Source: the human T2T-CHM13v2.0 reference genome, Homo sapiens. Taken from it: a stretch of 64,000 nt of DNA. Below are positions 27,470 through 40,989 of the stretch, piece after piece (position 1 is the stretch's first letter; each line of letters starts with the position of its first letter). The translations under genes were made by a program, and so were the position numbers. The notes beneath the pieces were generated by a model, which saw nothing but the letters and a program-made list of their open reading frames with translations, was not told the origin of the DNA and made no database searches. The stretch is taken from NCBI RefSeq assembly GCF_009914755.1, contig NC_060926.1, one strand, 5' to 3'.

Positions 27470-27800
27470 TCATTCATTTCATCCAGCACATACATAATTA
27501 TTTGGCATATAGATGTGGAGCTAGGTACTGGAAATAAAATGATAAACAAAAACAGGCAAGTTTCTATTCTTGTGTTGCTTAGTCTGGTGGGTAAGTCAGG
27601 CATTAATTAATCACAAACATTATAAATGCAGCTGTGACACATGCTATAAAGGAGGTGTGCATGATAATCCACATGAGAGATTTCACTTGGCGTGGAGGTC
27701 AAGGAGGGCTTTGAGGAGGAAGCATTACTTAAGCTGAGATGCCAGGAATAAATAAGCTTTTAAGCCATGAAGAAAGGAGAAAGAAAGCTGATAGGCTGAG
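27470..27800 (-). mobile_element. L2 3' fragment
   Basis: cattcatt tail, gctaggtactgg, ggtcaaggagggcttt...aagctgagat. Confidence 0.7.
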
Positions 27801-30377
27801 CAAAAATTGTTTCAACATGTGTGCTAAGAAATAATGGAAATGAAATTACAATTGTTTATTACTGAAGGACATGGTTTTCTTTTCCAAGATGGTTGACTAG
27901 AAGAATTTCCAGGATACGTTATCCACTTAGAAGAACCAAAGTAATGTGTAGACAATCACACTTTGAATAAATTATTCAAGCGGGAACATGGGAGATCAAC
28001 AGAAAAGCAAAAAGAAACTTTAGAATCTAGGAAGAAGAAAGAAAACAAGCAGCTTGTGTGTCATCCAGGAACTGGGAGTGAATTCCCAATATGGGAGAGG
28101 GTGAATGAATGCCTTTTTGTGGTCCACTTTCCCACTGCGGAATCATGCAATCTGGGCCACGGGATAGCATATTCACCCTCCCAAGCTCTCAGTCTAACTT
28201 AGGGAGTGACTATGAGACTGTGAGAATTGTTCCAGGGCATGTCCTATGCCCCTTTTGAGACCCCAGCAACTACTATAAGACATCATTCTTGATCCTAGCT
28301 CTTGAATAGCTGCACACGGTCCTGGGAACCAGCAGTGTCAATCCTAGCTGTTAGGGAAACTTGTGCAGCACTTGAAAAGGTGTGGGCTCTCACACCCAGC
28401 TCTGAGAAACAAGTGTAGCCTGGGACCCAGCTGCTGGTGCTAGAACCAAGCACCCACTTCCTCTGGGAACTGAGCGGAAGGAGAGTTGCTATGAAGTCCT
28501 GATCTTTAGACGGGGAGAAGCTCCTATAGCCTGAAACTGAGTTGCTGACTTGGTACAAACCATCGGCACTGACTGAAGAGTTGGATGGGCTGTGACAGCT
28601 GGGGTAGGGGAGGGAGCTCCACTGGGACTGGGACATGAGAAAATGTAAGTCCCACTCTTACTGGCTAAAATTGTAGCTGTTGGGTTCATACCACCCTCCC
28701 CATGCTAAGACCTTAGTGCATCAGTGGTTGCTCCTCACCCAAGCATTTCACCAGGGGCCTGAGAACTGCCCCACCCCATCAAGACTGGTGTATGCATCCA
28801 TTATTGAGGGGGCTTGAGCACAAGCTTGCCTGGTCCAATTTCACTGCTCCCCTCCAAGACACAGCACAGTATTCAGGTTCTTGGGTGTTTCACAACCCAG
28901 TCCACCACGTGGGACACCTAAGCACTTCTCAGGAACAGAGGTTGGTCATAAGCATCCTACAGCTACCTCCCTAGCCGGGTCTTACCTGCAAGTGCCATCT
29001 ACTGGCCCACACAGCCACTTGCAACCATTGCTAACATGAAAGCACAGTGCTTGGAAACTGGAAAGCCTCATGACCACTACTACCACCATTCCCCATACCA
29101 CCCTGACTGCTCATGAGGCAGAATGCCCAAAAGCCAACTCACTCACTTGGTATACTGCTACTACAACTGGCATCCAAGAGGCCCACATATTGGCTTGCCA
29201 GGAGCCACCAACAAAGGTGCCAGCATATGGTGCACAGAAAACAAGGATAGATACACTTAATCCACCACTGAAATCTGAAGACAGGCCCATCTGGCATTCC
29301 AGTCCCTAGCACAACTTCATCACAGCTCCTGCCAATAGCAGCACCCTAACATGACTGAGGAAAATGCAGATACCACTAATGCTATTTATAGCTAAAAAAA
29401 ATTGTAGACTATTCACTACTGCATGTACTCAGAGGCAAAACTAAAGGCCCTTACCCAATCAACATCATAGCTGTATCTTCAAGGAAAAAGTCTACCCTCA
29501 CCAAACAAAAGTAAATTCAAAATTAGAAGCACCTGTTGCTACAAATTCACAGGAAACATCAAAAGCAAAGACATATGACACCCTCAAATGAACACAATAA
29601 TTCTCAAGCAATAGATCCTAACCAAAAAGAAATATTTGAAATACCAGTTAAAGAACTCAAAATATTGATTTTTAAAGAGCTTGAGGAGATGCAAGAGAAA
29701 TCTGAAAACCAATACAAAGAACTCAGAAAATCAATTCAGGAAGTGCATAAGAAATTTACTAAGGAGATAGATATTTACAAAAAACAAACCAAATAGAAAT
29801 TCTGAGACAGAAAAATTCTTTGAAGGAAATACAAATACATTTTAAAGCCTCAACAACGGATTTGACCAAGGAGAAGAAAGAATTTCAGAACTTGAAGACA
29901 GATCTTTTAAAATAATTCAGTTAGACAAAAGTAAAGCAAACATAAAAAAGAATAAACAAAGCCTTTGAGACATTTTGAACTATGTTGGTTGAACACACTC
30001 ATGAATTATTTGTATTTCCTGGGTGTGAAGAGAGGTTAAAAGGTTTAGAAAACCTATTTAACAAAATAATAGATGAAAACTTTTAACATATACGAAAAGA
30101 TGTAGACATCTACATACAGGGAGCTCAATGATCCCCAGGCAAATATAATGTAAAAAACGAGTTTGCCGCAGTATATCATAATCAGACTGTCTGAAGTCAA
30201 ATTGAAAGAATGAATTCTAGAATCACAAGAGGAAACTGCTCGGTCATCTATAAAGGAAACTCCTTCATACTACCAGTGAACTCTTCAGCAGGAACTATAC
30301 AGACTAGAAGAGTAAGGGAGGATATATTCAAAGTACTGACAGAAAAAAAAACAGGCAAGGATTCTGGTTTCGGCAAG

Positions 30378-30454
30378 ATTAAGTATCATAAATAAAGGAG
30401 AAATATTAAGTATCATAAAGGAGAAATATTAAGTATCATAAATAAAGAAGAAAT
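30378..30454 (+). repeat. Tandem triplication of a ~27-bp unit in L1 ORF1
   Basis: attaagtatcata(aata)aaggagaaat three times, middle copy 4 bp shorter. Confidence 0.9.
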
Positions 30455-31500
30455 AAAGCCTTTCTCAGATGAGAAAATGTCAAGGGAATTCATCACCAGT
30501 AGACTGACCTGATAAGAAATAGTCAAAGGAGTCCTAAACTTGGAAGCAAAAGAATGATATTCACCATCATGAAAACATAAGAAAGTATAAAACTCACTGG
30601 TAAAGAAGTCACACAAAGGAGGAAGAGAAAGGAATCAAATGACACCACTACAGACTTCCATAAAACCACAAAGACAGAGAAAAAGGAAGACAATTCACAA
30701 AACAACTAGAAAAAAGTTAACAATATTACAGGAACAAAATCTCACACATCAATATTCACCTTGAATATAAATGGATTAAATGCATCACTTAAAAGATATA
30801 AATTGATTGAATGGGTAAAAGACCATGATCCAAATATATGCAGCTTACAAGAAACTGATCTTGTCTATAAAGACACATATAGATTGAAAGTAAAGGGGTG
30901 GAGATATTCCACACAAATGGAAACTGAAAGTTAGCAGGAATAGCTATACTTATATCAGATAAAATCGACTTTAAGTTAAAAACAGTAAAAAGAAAGACAA
31001 AGAAGGTCATTATGTAATGATGAAGGGATTAATTCAGCAATTCTGAACACATATGCAGCCAACACTAGAGCACACAGATTTGCAAACAAATATTACTAGA
31101 CCTAAAGAGAGAGAGAGACAGAGGAATACAATAATATTTGGAGACTTCAACACCCCAATCACAGCATTAGATCATCTAGACAGAAAATTAACCAAGAAGC
31201 ATTAAACTTCAATTTAACTTCAGACCAAATGGGCCTTACAGATATTTACAGAACTTTCTACCCAACAACTACAGAATATACACTTTTCTCATCAGTGCAT
31301 GAAATATTCCTTAAGACTGACCATATGTCTGGCCATAAAACAAGTCTCAGTACATTTTTTAGAATCAAAATTTTATGAAATATCTTCTCAGACCACAGTA
31401 AAATAAAACTAGAAATCAATAGCAAGAGGAACTTTGGAAATTGTACCAATACATGGAAATTAACCTGCTCCTGAATGATCATTGGGTCAATAAAGAAATT

Positions 31501-31800
31501 GGCTGGGCACAGTGGCTCAAGCCTGTAATATTAACAATTTGGGAGTCTGAGGCAGATGGATCATTTGAGGTCAGGAGTTTGAGACCAGCCTGGCCAATGT
31601 GGTAAAACCCCATCTCTACTAAAAATACAAAAAAATTAGCTAGGTGTAGTGGCACACACCTGTAATCCCAGCTACTCCGGAGGCCTAGACACAAGAGTCG
31701 CATGAGCCTGGGAGGCAGAGGTTGCAGTGAGCCAGATTGCACCACAGCACTCCAGCTTGGGTGACAGACTGAGACTCTGTCTCAAAAAAAAAAAAAAAAA
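31501..31800 (+). mobile_element. AluS (Sx/Sz-like) in L1PB ORF2
   Basis: Full dimer with polyA; L1 sequence continues either side (aaagaaatt / aaaaaatt). Confidence 0.93.
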
Positions 31801-31902
31801 TTAACACAGAAATTAAAAAATAAATAAATAAAATGGGGACAAAACATACCAAAACTTGGATATAGCAAAAGCAGTGCTAAGAGGGAAGTTTGCACTAAAG
31901 GC

Positions 31903-34450
31903 TGTATGTGTCTGTTCTCACACCACTGATAAAAACATACCTGATATTGGGCAATTTACAAAAGAAAGAGGTTTAATAGACTCACAGTTCAACATGGCTG
32001 GAGCAGCCTCACAATCATGGCAGAAGGCAAAGAGGAGCAAGTCATGTCTTACATGGATGGCAGCAGGCAAAGAGAGAGAACTTGTGCAGGGGAACCCCTC
32101 TTTATAAAGGCATCAGATCTCATGAGACTTATTCACTATCACAAGAACAGCATGGAAAAGACCTTCCTCCATGATTCAGTTACCTCCCACCAGGTCCCAC
32201 CAACAACATGTAGGAATTCAAGATGAGATTTGGGTAGGGACACAGCCAAACCATATCATTCCACTGCTGGCCCCTCCCATATCTCATGTCTTCACATTTA
32301 AAAACAAACCATGCCTTCTCAACAGTCCCCTAAAGTCTTAACTCATTTCAGCATTAACTCAAAAGTCCACAGTCCAAAGTCTCATCTGAGACAAGGCAAG
32401 TCTCTTCTGCCTATGAGCCTGTAAAATCAAAAGCAAGTTAGTAACTTCGTAGATACAATGGGGGTACAGGCATTGGATAAATACAGCCATTCCAAATGGG
32501 AGAAATTGGCCAAAACAAAGGGGCTACAGGCCCCATGCAAGTCTGAAATCCAGTGGGGCAGTCAAATCTTAAAGCTCCAAAATGATCTCCTTTGACTCCA
32601 TGTCTCACATCCAGGTCATGCTGATGCAAAAGATGGTTCTCATGGTCTTGGACAGCTCTGCCCCTGTGGCTTTTCAGGGTACAGCCTCCCTCCCAGCTGC
32701 TTTCATGGGCTGGCATTGAGTGTCTGTGGTTTTTCCAGGCAAAGGGTAAAAGATGTCAGTGAATCTACTGTTCTGGAGTCTGGAGGATGGTGGCCTTCTT
32801 TTCACAGCTCCACTAGGCAGTGCCCCAGTAAATACTCTGTGTGGGGTCTCTGACCCTGCATTTTCCTTCTGCACTGCCCTAGCAGAGGTTCTCCATGAGG
32901 GCACCGCCCCTGCAGCAAACTCCTGCCTGGGCATCCAGACATTTCCATACATCTTCTGAAATCCAGCAGAGATTCCCAAACCCCAATTTTTAACTTCTGG
33001 GCACTCACAGGTTCAACACCACATGCAAGCTGCCAAAACTTGGGGCTTGCATCCTCTGAAGCCATGGCCCAAGCTCTACTTTGCCCCTTTAAGCCACAGC
33101 TGGAGTGGCTGGGATGCAGGGCACCCTGAGTCTGGCCCACAAAACCATTATTTCCTCCTAGGCCTCCAGGCCTGTGATTGGAGGAGCTGCCTTGAAGCTG
33201 CCCTGGAGACATTGTCCCTATTGTCTTGGGGATTAACATTTGGCTCCTTGTTGCTTGTGCATAGTTTTGCAGCTGGCTTGAATTTCTCCTCAGAAAATAG
33301 GATTTTCTTTTCTATTGCATTGTCAGGCTGCAAATTTTCTGAACTTTTATGCTGTGCTTCCCTTATAAAACTGAATGCCTTTAACAGCACCTATGTCACT
33401 CCTTGAATGATTTGCTGCTTAGAAATTTCTTCTGCAGGCTGGGGCATGGTGGCTAACGCCTGTAATCCAGCACTTTGGGAGGCCAAGGCAGGTGGATCAC
33501 CTGATGTTGGGAGTTTGAGACCAGCCTGACCAACATGGAGAAACCCCATCTCTACTAAAAATACAAAATTAGCCATGCCTGTAATCCCCGCTACTCGGGA
33601 GGCTGAGGCAGGAGAATCGATTGAACTCGGGAGCTGAGATCATGCCATTGCACTCCAGCCTGGGCAGCAAGCGCAAAACTTTGTCTCAAAAAAAAAAGAA
33701 AAGAAAAGAAATTTCTTCTGCTGGATACACTAAATCACCTCTCTCAAGTTCAAAATTCCACAAATCTCGAGGGCAGGGGCAAAATGCCGCCAGTCTCTTT
33801 GCTAAAACATGAACAGAGTTACCTTTGCTTCAGTTCCCAACAAGTTCTTCCTCTCCATCTGAGACCACCTCATCCTGGCTTTCATTGTCCATGTCATTAT
33901 CAGCAGCATTCTGGTCAAAGCCATGTAACAAGTCTTTAGGGAGTTCCAAACTTTCCCACATTTTCTGTCTTCTTCTGAGCCCTCCAAACTGTTCCAACCT
34001 CTGCCCTTTACCCAGTTCCAATGTTGCTTCCACATTTTTGGGTATCTTTTCAGCAGTGCCCCACTCTACTGGTACCAATTTACTTTATTAGTCTGTTCTC
34101 ATGCTGCTGATAAAGACATATCCAAGTCTGGGCAATTTACAAAAGAAAGAGTTTTAATGGACTTACAATTCCACATGGCTGAGAGACGCCTCACAATCAT
34201 GGAAGAAGGCAAGGAGGAGCAAGTCATATTTTACATGAATGGCCACAAGCAAACAGAGACAACTTAAGCAGGGGAACTCTGCTTTATAAAAGCATCACAT
34301 TTTGTGAGACTTATTCACTATCACGAGAACAGCACGGGAAAGATTTGCCCCCATGATTCATTTACCTCCCACCAGATCCTCCCACACAATACATGAGAAT
34401 TCAAGATGAGCAAGATGAGATTTGTGTGGGAATACAGCCAAACCATATCA
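31903..34450 (-). mobile_element. Complete THE1 (ERVL-MaLR) provirus: LTR 31903-32258, internal 32259-34083, LTR 34084-34450
   Basis: Both LTRs end cagccaaaccatatca (reverse of TGATATGGTTTGGCTG); 5-bp TSD aaggc at 31898-31902 and 34451-34455; internal ORF remnant VEWGTAEKIPKNVEATLELG (33830-34078). Confidence 0.95.
33437..33706 (+). mobile_element. AluSp within THE1 internal region
   Basis: Sp diagnostic ctgaccaacatggagaaacccc; 15-bp TSD agaaatttcttctgc at 33421-33435 and 33707-33721; two short right-arm deletions. Confidence 0.92.
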
Positions 34451-37237
34451 AAGGCCTTCATCAAAAAGCAGAAAAATTAAAAGTCAACAACATAATGTAC
34501 CCAAAAGAACTAGAAAAGCAAGAGCAAATCAAATCCAAAATTAGTAGAAGAAAATAATAAGATCAGAGCACAACTAGAGACCAAAAAATACAAAAAGCCA
34601 AATAAAATAAAGGTAGTTTTTTAAAAGATAAATGAAATTGATAAATGGTTAGCTAGAGTAACCAAGAAAAGACCCAAATAATTACAATGAGAAATAAAAA
34701 GGAGGCATTACAATTGTTATTTTGGTTATAGAAAACATTATCAGAGACTATTATGAACATATATACACTTATAAACTAGAAAACTTAGAGGAAATGGATA
34801 AATTTCTGGGAACATACAACCTCTCAAGATTGAATCAAAAGTAAATAGAAAATTATAAGAGACTGATAGCAAATAGTGAGATTGAATTAGTAATAAATCT
34901 CCCAACAAAGTAAAGTTCATGACCAGATGGATTTACAGCCAAATTCTACCAAATATACAAAGGAGAACTAATACAAATCCTCTTGAGACTGCTCCAAGAA
35001 ATCAAGGAAGAGAGAATTCTCTCTAATTCAATGAGGCCAGTATTACACTGATACCAAAACCAGACAAGGACAGAAAAACAACAACAAAAACTACAGACCA
35101 ATATACTGATGAACCTATATGCAAACATTCTCAACAAAATACTGAAAACCAAATTCAACAAAACATTTTAAAAAACACAATAAAGTAAGTTTTATACAGC
35201 AATGCAAGGGTGGTTAAACATATGCAAATCAATAAATTTGGTACATACATCAACAGAATGAAGGACAAACCCATGTAATCATCTCAATAGAAGCAAAAAA
35301 GTATTTGATAAAATTCAACATCTCTTTGTGATAAACCCTCAGCAAACCAGATATAGAAGGATTGTGTCTCAAAGTAATAATTGCCATATATGACAAACCC
35401 ACAGCCAATATAACACTGAATGGAGAAATGTTGAAAACATTCCCTTTAGAAACTGGAATGAGATAAGGATGCTAATTTTCACCACTCCTATTCAACATTG
35501 TACTAGAAGTCTTAGCCAGAGAAATCAGGTAAGGAAAAGAAAAAAAGTCATCCAAATTGGAAAAGAGAAGGTCAGATTATTCTTGTTTGCTGATGGTACA
35601 ATCTTATGTCTAGAATAACCTTATAATTCCACCACGAAAACTCTTAGATTTGATCACTGAATTCAATAAAGTTGCAGGATAAAAATTGACATATAGAAAT
35701 CAGTCATGTTTCTATATACCAGTAACCTAGCTGACAAGATCAAGAAATCAATCACATTTACAACAGCTACAAAAAAATTACCTAGGAATATATTTAACCA
35801 AGGAGATAAAAAACCTCTAAGAGGACAATTACAAAACATTGATGAAAGAAATAGTAGGTGACACAAATCGAAAAACATCCCAAACTCATGAGTCAGAAGA
35901 GTTAATATCATTAAAATGACCATAACATCCAAAGTAATCTATAGCTTCAATTCAGTCCCTATCAAAATACCATAATTTCCCTCAGAATTAGAAAAATAGA
36001 ATTGTAACATTTATATGGAACCAAAAAGGACTCCAAATAGCCAAAAGAATTCTAAGCAAGAAAAAGTTGGAGGCATTGCATTACCTGACTTCAAGTTAGA
36101 TTACAAAGCTACAGTAACCAAAACAGCATGGTACTATTATAAAATAAACACATATATCAACAGAACAAAATAAATTGTCATGGGGGAAGAATAAAGCTAT
36201 ATCTATATCTCTCACCATATACAAAAATCAACACAATATGGATTAGAGACTTAAATGTAAGACCCCAAACTGTAAAAACACTGGAAGTAAACACAGGGAA
36301 AACTCTTCTGGACATTAGGCAAAAAATTTATGATGAAGATTTCAAAAGCACAGGCAATAAAAATAAAAACAGACAAATGGGACTTAAATAAACTAAAAAA
36401 CTTCTGCAAAGCAAAAGAAATAATCAACAGGGTAAATAGATAACCTGCAGAATGAGATAAAATATTTGCAAACTGTTCCCAAGATGAGGGACGAATATCC
36501 AGAATTTACAAGAAACTCAAACAACTCAATAACAACAAAAAATAATAGCCTTAGAAAGTGGGCAAAGGACATGAACAGAATTTTTTCAAAAGCAAACTGA
36601 CAAATGGTTAACAGATTATATATATATATATATAAAATGCTCAAGATTACTAATTACTAGAGTAAAGCAAATTAAAACTACAATGAGATATCGTCTTACA
36701 ACAGTCAGAATGGCTAGCATTAAAGTCAAGAAACAACAGATGTTGGTGAGGATGCAGTGAAAAGGGAACTCTCATATATTGTTGGTAGGAATGTGAATTA
36801 GTACAATCTCTCTGGAAGACAGTATAGAGATTTCTCAAAGAACAAAAAAATGTAACTGTAACTCAATCCAGCAATTTCACTACTTGTCTTCTACTCAAAA
36901 GAAAATAAATCAGTATATCAAAATGATACTTGCAGTGGAATGTCTATCACAGCACTATTCACAGTAGGAAAGATATGAAATCAATGAAATCAACCTAAGT
37001 GTCTATCATTGTATGATTTGATAAAGAAAATGTGGCATATACCCACTATGGATTACTATTCAGCCATAAAAGAATGAAATTATGTCTTTTGCAGCACCAT
37101 GAGTAGAACTGGAGGTCATTATTTTAAGTGAAACAAGCCAGACACAGAAAGACAAATATCCTATGTTCTCACTCATAAATGGGTGCTAAAAAATGTACAC
37201 ACATTGATGTAAAGAGTGGAATTATAGACAATGGATA

Positions 37238-38080
37238 AGGACCCACAGACCCTCTGAAGGAAATGGACTTTTCCTGAAGGACCTGGGAGAGACCCCAAAT
37301 ACTGCGAGTGCCCCAACTGCAGAAGTGGGAAAGGGAGACCCTCCTCTCCGGAACACACACCCCCAGTGGAGAAACTTAAAGCCTGTTTGCGAGAGAAGCT
37401 TCTGACCTTACCTTGAGATGAGTCAATTTAGAGAGCCGGGTGAAATACAGGGGTAGAAGAAGCAGCAGAAAGGCCCTGGGAACTCGCTGGGTCCCCAAAC
37501 AGTTCATTCCTGCCTGGCATCACAAAGATCCGTCAGGAGGGAAGCCAGAGGAGCAGGGGATAAAGCGCCACAGGAAGAAGGAAATCTCTAGGTGAACTTT
37601 GTAACAATTTGAACTGGGTGAGAACAGGGTGAGAAACCTCATGGCCAGAACTCGGGGGAGGGGGCAAATCCCAGTGTGCAGACTTCACAGCCCTTTTCTT
37701 TTGCAGCTGGGAGGTGGGTAGCCTGAGGCAAGTTCTCAAGCCCATCTCGCTCACCATCTGTAAACAGACTTGGGGCTGTTGGGGGTACCCAGTGAGAGTG
37801 AGACCAGCCCTTCGGTTTGCGGTTTGCGTGAGAGCAGAGTGAGGCCTGTGACTGCTGGCTTTCTCCACTTCCCTGACAACCTGCATGACTCAGCAGAAGC
37901 AGCCATAATCCTCCTAGGTACACAACTCCAGTGAGCTGGGAATCTCACCCCCATCCCCCACAGCAGCCACAGCAAGACCCATTCAACTAGCGTGTGAGCT
38001 CAGACACACCTAGCCCTGCCCCAACCTGATGGTCCTTCCCTACCCACTCTGGTAGTGAAAGACAAAGGGCAACAATCTTA
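37238..38080 (+). mobile_element. Isolated L1 5'UTR fragment (L1PBa-like)
   Basis: GC-rich; gacccacagaccctctgaagg, aggccctgggaactcgctgggtcccc, gactcagcagaagcagccataatcctcct. Confidence 0.75.
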
Positions 38081-38769
38081 ATAATCCTGTTGCTTTTGTT
38101 GAGATTCTTTGCCAAGTACTTCCTATCTCAACAAACTTGTTCATTTGCCATCTTTGTAAACAATCTCTACATGGTGGAATGAGGTGTAGGGGTTTAGGAA
38201 AGATGGTATCAGGGTGGTGGGAAAGAGACTAGAGGAATCACATCTCTTTTTCTTACAGCACAAATTCCTTAAAAAATTATGCTTCAGTGCTTTAATGTTC
38301 AATGTTCCACACCAAATGTTTACATTAAAATGTAACATAAAATATCACTGGACTTGATAAACCACTGACCCATTTTCTGGTGGTATAAGAACTCTCTTAG
38401 GAGCTAGTGGCCTTTCTGCTTCTTTGAAATCTTGTACAGAGAGTAATGTTCCAGAAGTCAATGAAGACTGAAGCTCCATGAAAAGGGCTTCTTTTTAACT
38501 CAATAACTTGCCGTAAAATAATCTGACCCACATTGACAATATGCATCATAGATATTCTATACTTGGTAATTATCCAGTAATGACAGGCAATTTACATTAA
38601 TTAGGGTAATTATTATTAATTTTATAAAGTCAAACCTAACTTTTTGTTTACCTTTTCTTTGGTAATTTTCTGAAATCTAAAAGTCAAATGAATGTGAAAA
38701 ACATTTCCCCTGAATGTTTATGTATTTTACTTTCCTCATGCTCTCTTATATACACAGCTGCTGGATATT

Positions 38770-39380
38770 AATTCCCATTATAAGCCACAATTTTGCTCAC
38801 AGCACTCTTCTAAAACTGTTCTAATAAAGGTTACCAATGACTAAAAATAACCAAAGAAGGTTTACATTTTGATTAAAAATTCTAGGGCTTAATTATCATT
38901 TATATAACATTTGCCTTGGGTGACTGTACTTGGCTTTTGGAAACATTTTTTCTCGACTTGTCTTCCACGATACTATCTTCTGAGTTTCTTCCTAGTTCTG
39001 ATTATGTTTTCTAATCATGATCTCCCTTTCACTTGCCTTTAAGTGATCATATTGCACAGAAATCTTTCAATTATCCTCATTTTTTTTGTAATCTTATCTC
39101 TTCTAATAAATTCAACTTGCACCTATATGCTGAAACTCTAATACCTTTACCTTTCAGTTGTGATATTTCTTCCTAACTGCAGACCTATATTTCCTTTTGA
39201 ACATATCAAGTATATGATGAAGGTAAATATATTTGTTCAAAACTTATCTCATTATCTGCTTTTACTCAAGCGGGTCCCCTGACTGTTTTTCTAAGTACAA
39301 ATTGTAAACACAATAGTTTTACAAGTTAAAAGCAACATAAAATGTAATCTTTCATTATCCATTTTGCTAATCGCTTCTGC
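38770..39380 (+). mobile_element. L2 fragment
   Basis: aaaactgttctaataaaggttaccaatgac, cacctatatgctga, ctgcagacctatatttcc. Confidence 0.55.
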
Positions 39381-39479
39381 CGTCATCTAGCTAAAACAAA
39401 TACATTCTCAAGCATTAAAAATCTCAAGTATATAGCACTTATGAGTCCTTGGAAAATAAAACTATTTGACTACAAATTT

Positions 39480-40466
39480 CAGCCAACCAATAAGCAGATC
39501 AAAATTACAGTCTCAGGAATGATGAAGCTATGTGAAAGAATACTAAAATTCAATCTAAATCTAAGTAATTACAAAAATAAATCTTGGATCCATAAGAAAT
39601 ACAACTGACATAATTCTAGACAAAATATAAAATGTTAATATATTGTGGCATGGAGGGAGTGAAAAAATAGGAGAAAATGTACTTTTTTTGTAGTATTTAA
39701 ATATTTTAGAGTTGGTAATAAATAAAGGTTTACTTATATGATTTGAAGTGTTAATAGTATCCATTACAAAATCAAAAGAAGAAAATAAAACTTCAATGTA
39801 ATTTGATGGGGAAAAAAAATCACACTCAAAGTAGATAATAGAGACCACGTGCCAAATAATAGGAAAAAAATGAAGATTAAAAATTAAAAAAATGAAATGA
39901 CCAAATTTAAATGTTTGTTTATAACAATAAATGTAAAGAAGATATCTATTAAAATAAAAAGGCACTCAGTTTGTATAATAAAACAAAATTTTATGTTATA
40001 TAAAAAACTCAGATATAAAATTATTTCAATATAAGGAAGATCTTTAAAAATTTGTTAAATCTTTATATTGATTCCTTATTTCATAAAGCCATTAAATTCT
40101 AATTAAAATAAGAATGAATGGAAATTTTCCTACAGTGATTTTTATAATAAAACCCAACTATACGATATAAAAAGATTCATCAGAAATAAAATTATTACAA
40201 AATGAGCTAGATGCTTTAAAAATTTGTTAAACTTTAATATCTATCCCTTATTTTTAAAAAGTCCATTGAAAAACTCTAAGTAAAATATGAACAGATGAAA
40301 ATTGTCCTACCATGATTTTGTTTAAAATCAGATGAACCACTAGAATCATTTTCATTTAAGTCAGCCATAAAACATGTGCCCAATATTGCCTCTGTAGTTT
40401 AATCTTGTTCTGAGTGTACCAAACAATATATTTAGACATGCAACTAAAATAAGTGGTATAAATATT
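39480..40466 (+). mobile_element. Highly decayed L1M, left part
   Basis: A-rich strand bias with L1 ORF2-like phrases; resumes after the MLT1. Confidence 0.45.
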
Positions 40467-40988
40467 TAATGGCTTAAAACAACACATTTCTTATTATATT
40501 TTGTGATTCTGAGTGGCTCAGCTGAGTGGTTCTTGCATGCATTTCTTCACCCAGGTAAGATTAGTTCTTGGGTGGGTATATGACCATCTGAAGGCTCAGC
40601 TGGGCTGATCATTTAAGATGGCTTACTCACAAGGCTGGCAGTTGAAGCTGACCATTGGCTGGAAGCCTAGCTGTGGCTAACAGCCAGAGAGCTTCCATCT
40701 CAGATTTCATAGGCTTCTCACAGTATGGTGATTGAGTTCTGAGAGGGAGTGTTCCAAATCACAGAGGTAGAAGCTGCTAAGCCAAATAAGGTGTCTATGC
40801 CCATAACCAACACAGTTTCATTTTGTTACATTCTTTTGATGAAATCAGTCAGAGAGCCTAGCCAGCATCAGGAAGTGGAGACAAAAACTCCACTTCTTAA
40901 TGCAGACAACTTAATAAAGACACCTCACAGAATAACCTGTTATATAGAGATGTTTTCTGCAGCTTCCTTTGAAAACACAATCTATTAC
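40467..40988 (-). mobile_element. MLT1 (F/G/H-type) solo LTR
   Basis: tggcttaaaacaac, aagatggcttactcaca, ggcttctcacagtatgg, gaggtagaagctgc. Confidence 0.82.
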
Positions 40989-40989
40989 T

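Larger units (their letters stand above)
27881..37237 (+). mobile_element. Near full-length decayed L1PB-type (L1PB4-like) LINE-1 with nested Alu and THE1; 3' tip missing
   Basis: 5' caagatgg; ORF1 remnant (MTPSNEHNNSQAIDPNQKEI, within 29536-29796); ORF2 from accttgaatataaatggattaaat; L1PB-like 3' agagtggaattatagacaatgga; no polyA or TSD found. Confidence 0.88.

Noticed and set aside
30378-30454. CRISPR-like array
   Set aside because: Units are contiguous without unique spacers, lie in L1 ORF1, and the DNA is eukaryotic
31991-32010. PRDM9 hotspot motif (CCTCCCTAGCCAC) known from THE1A/B
   Set aside because: The homologous site is degenerate in both LTRs (atggctggagcag; atggctgagagacg)
32438-34091. 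Dense overlapping ORFs as a coding locus
   Set aside because: Frameshifted THE1 internal ORF plus an Alu; higher GC explains the ORF density
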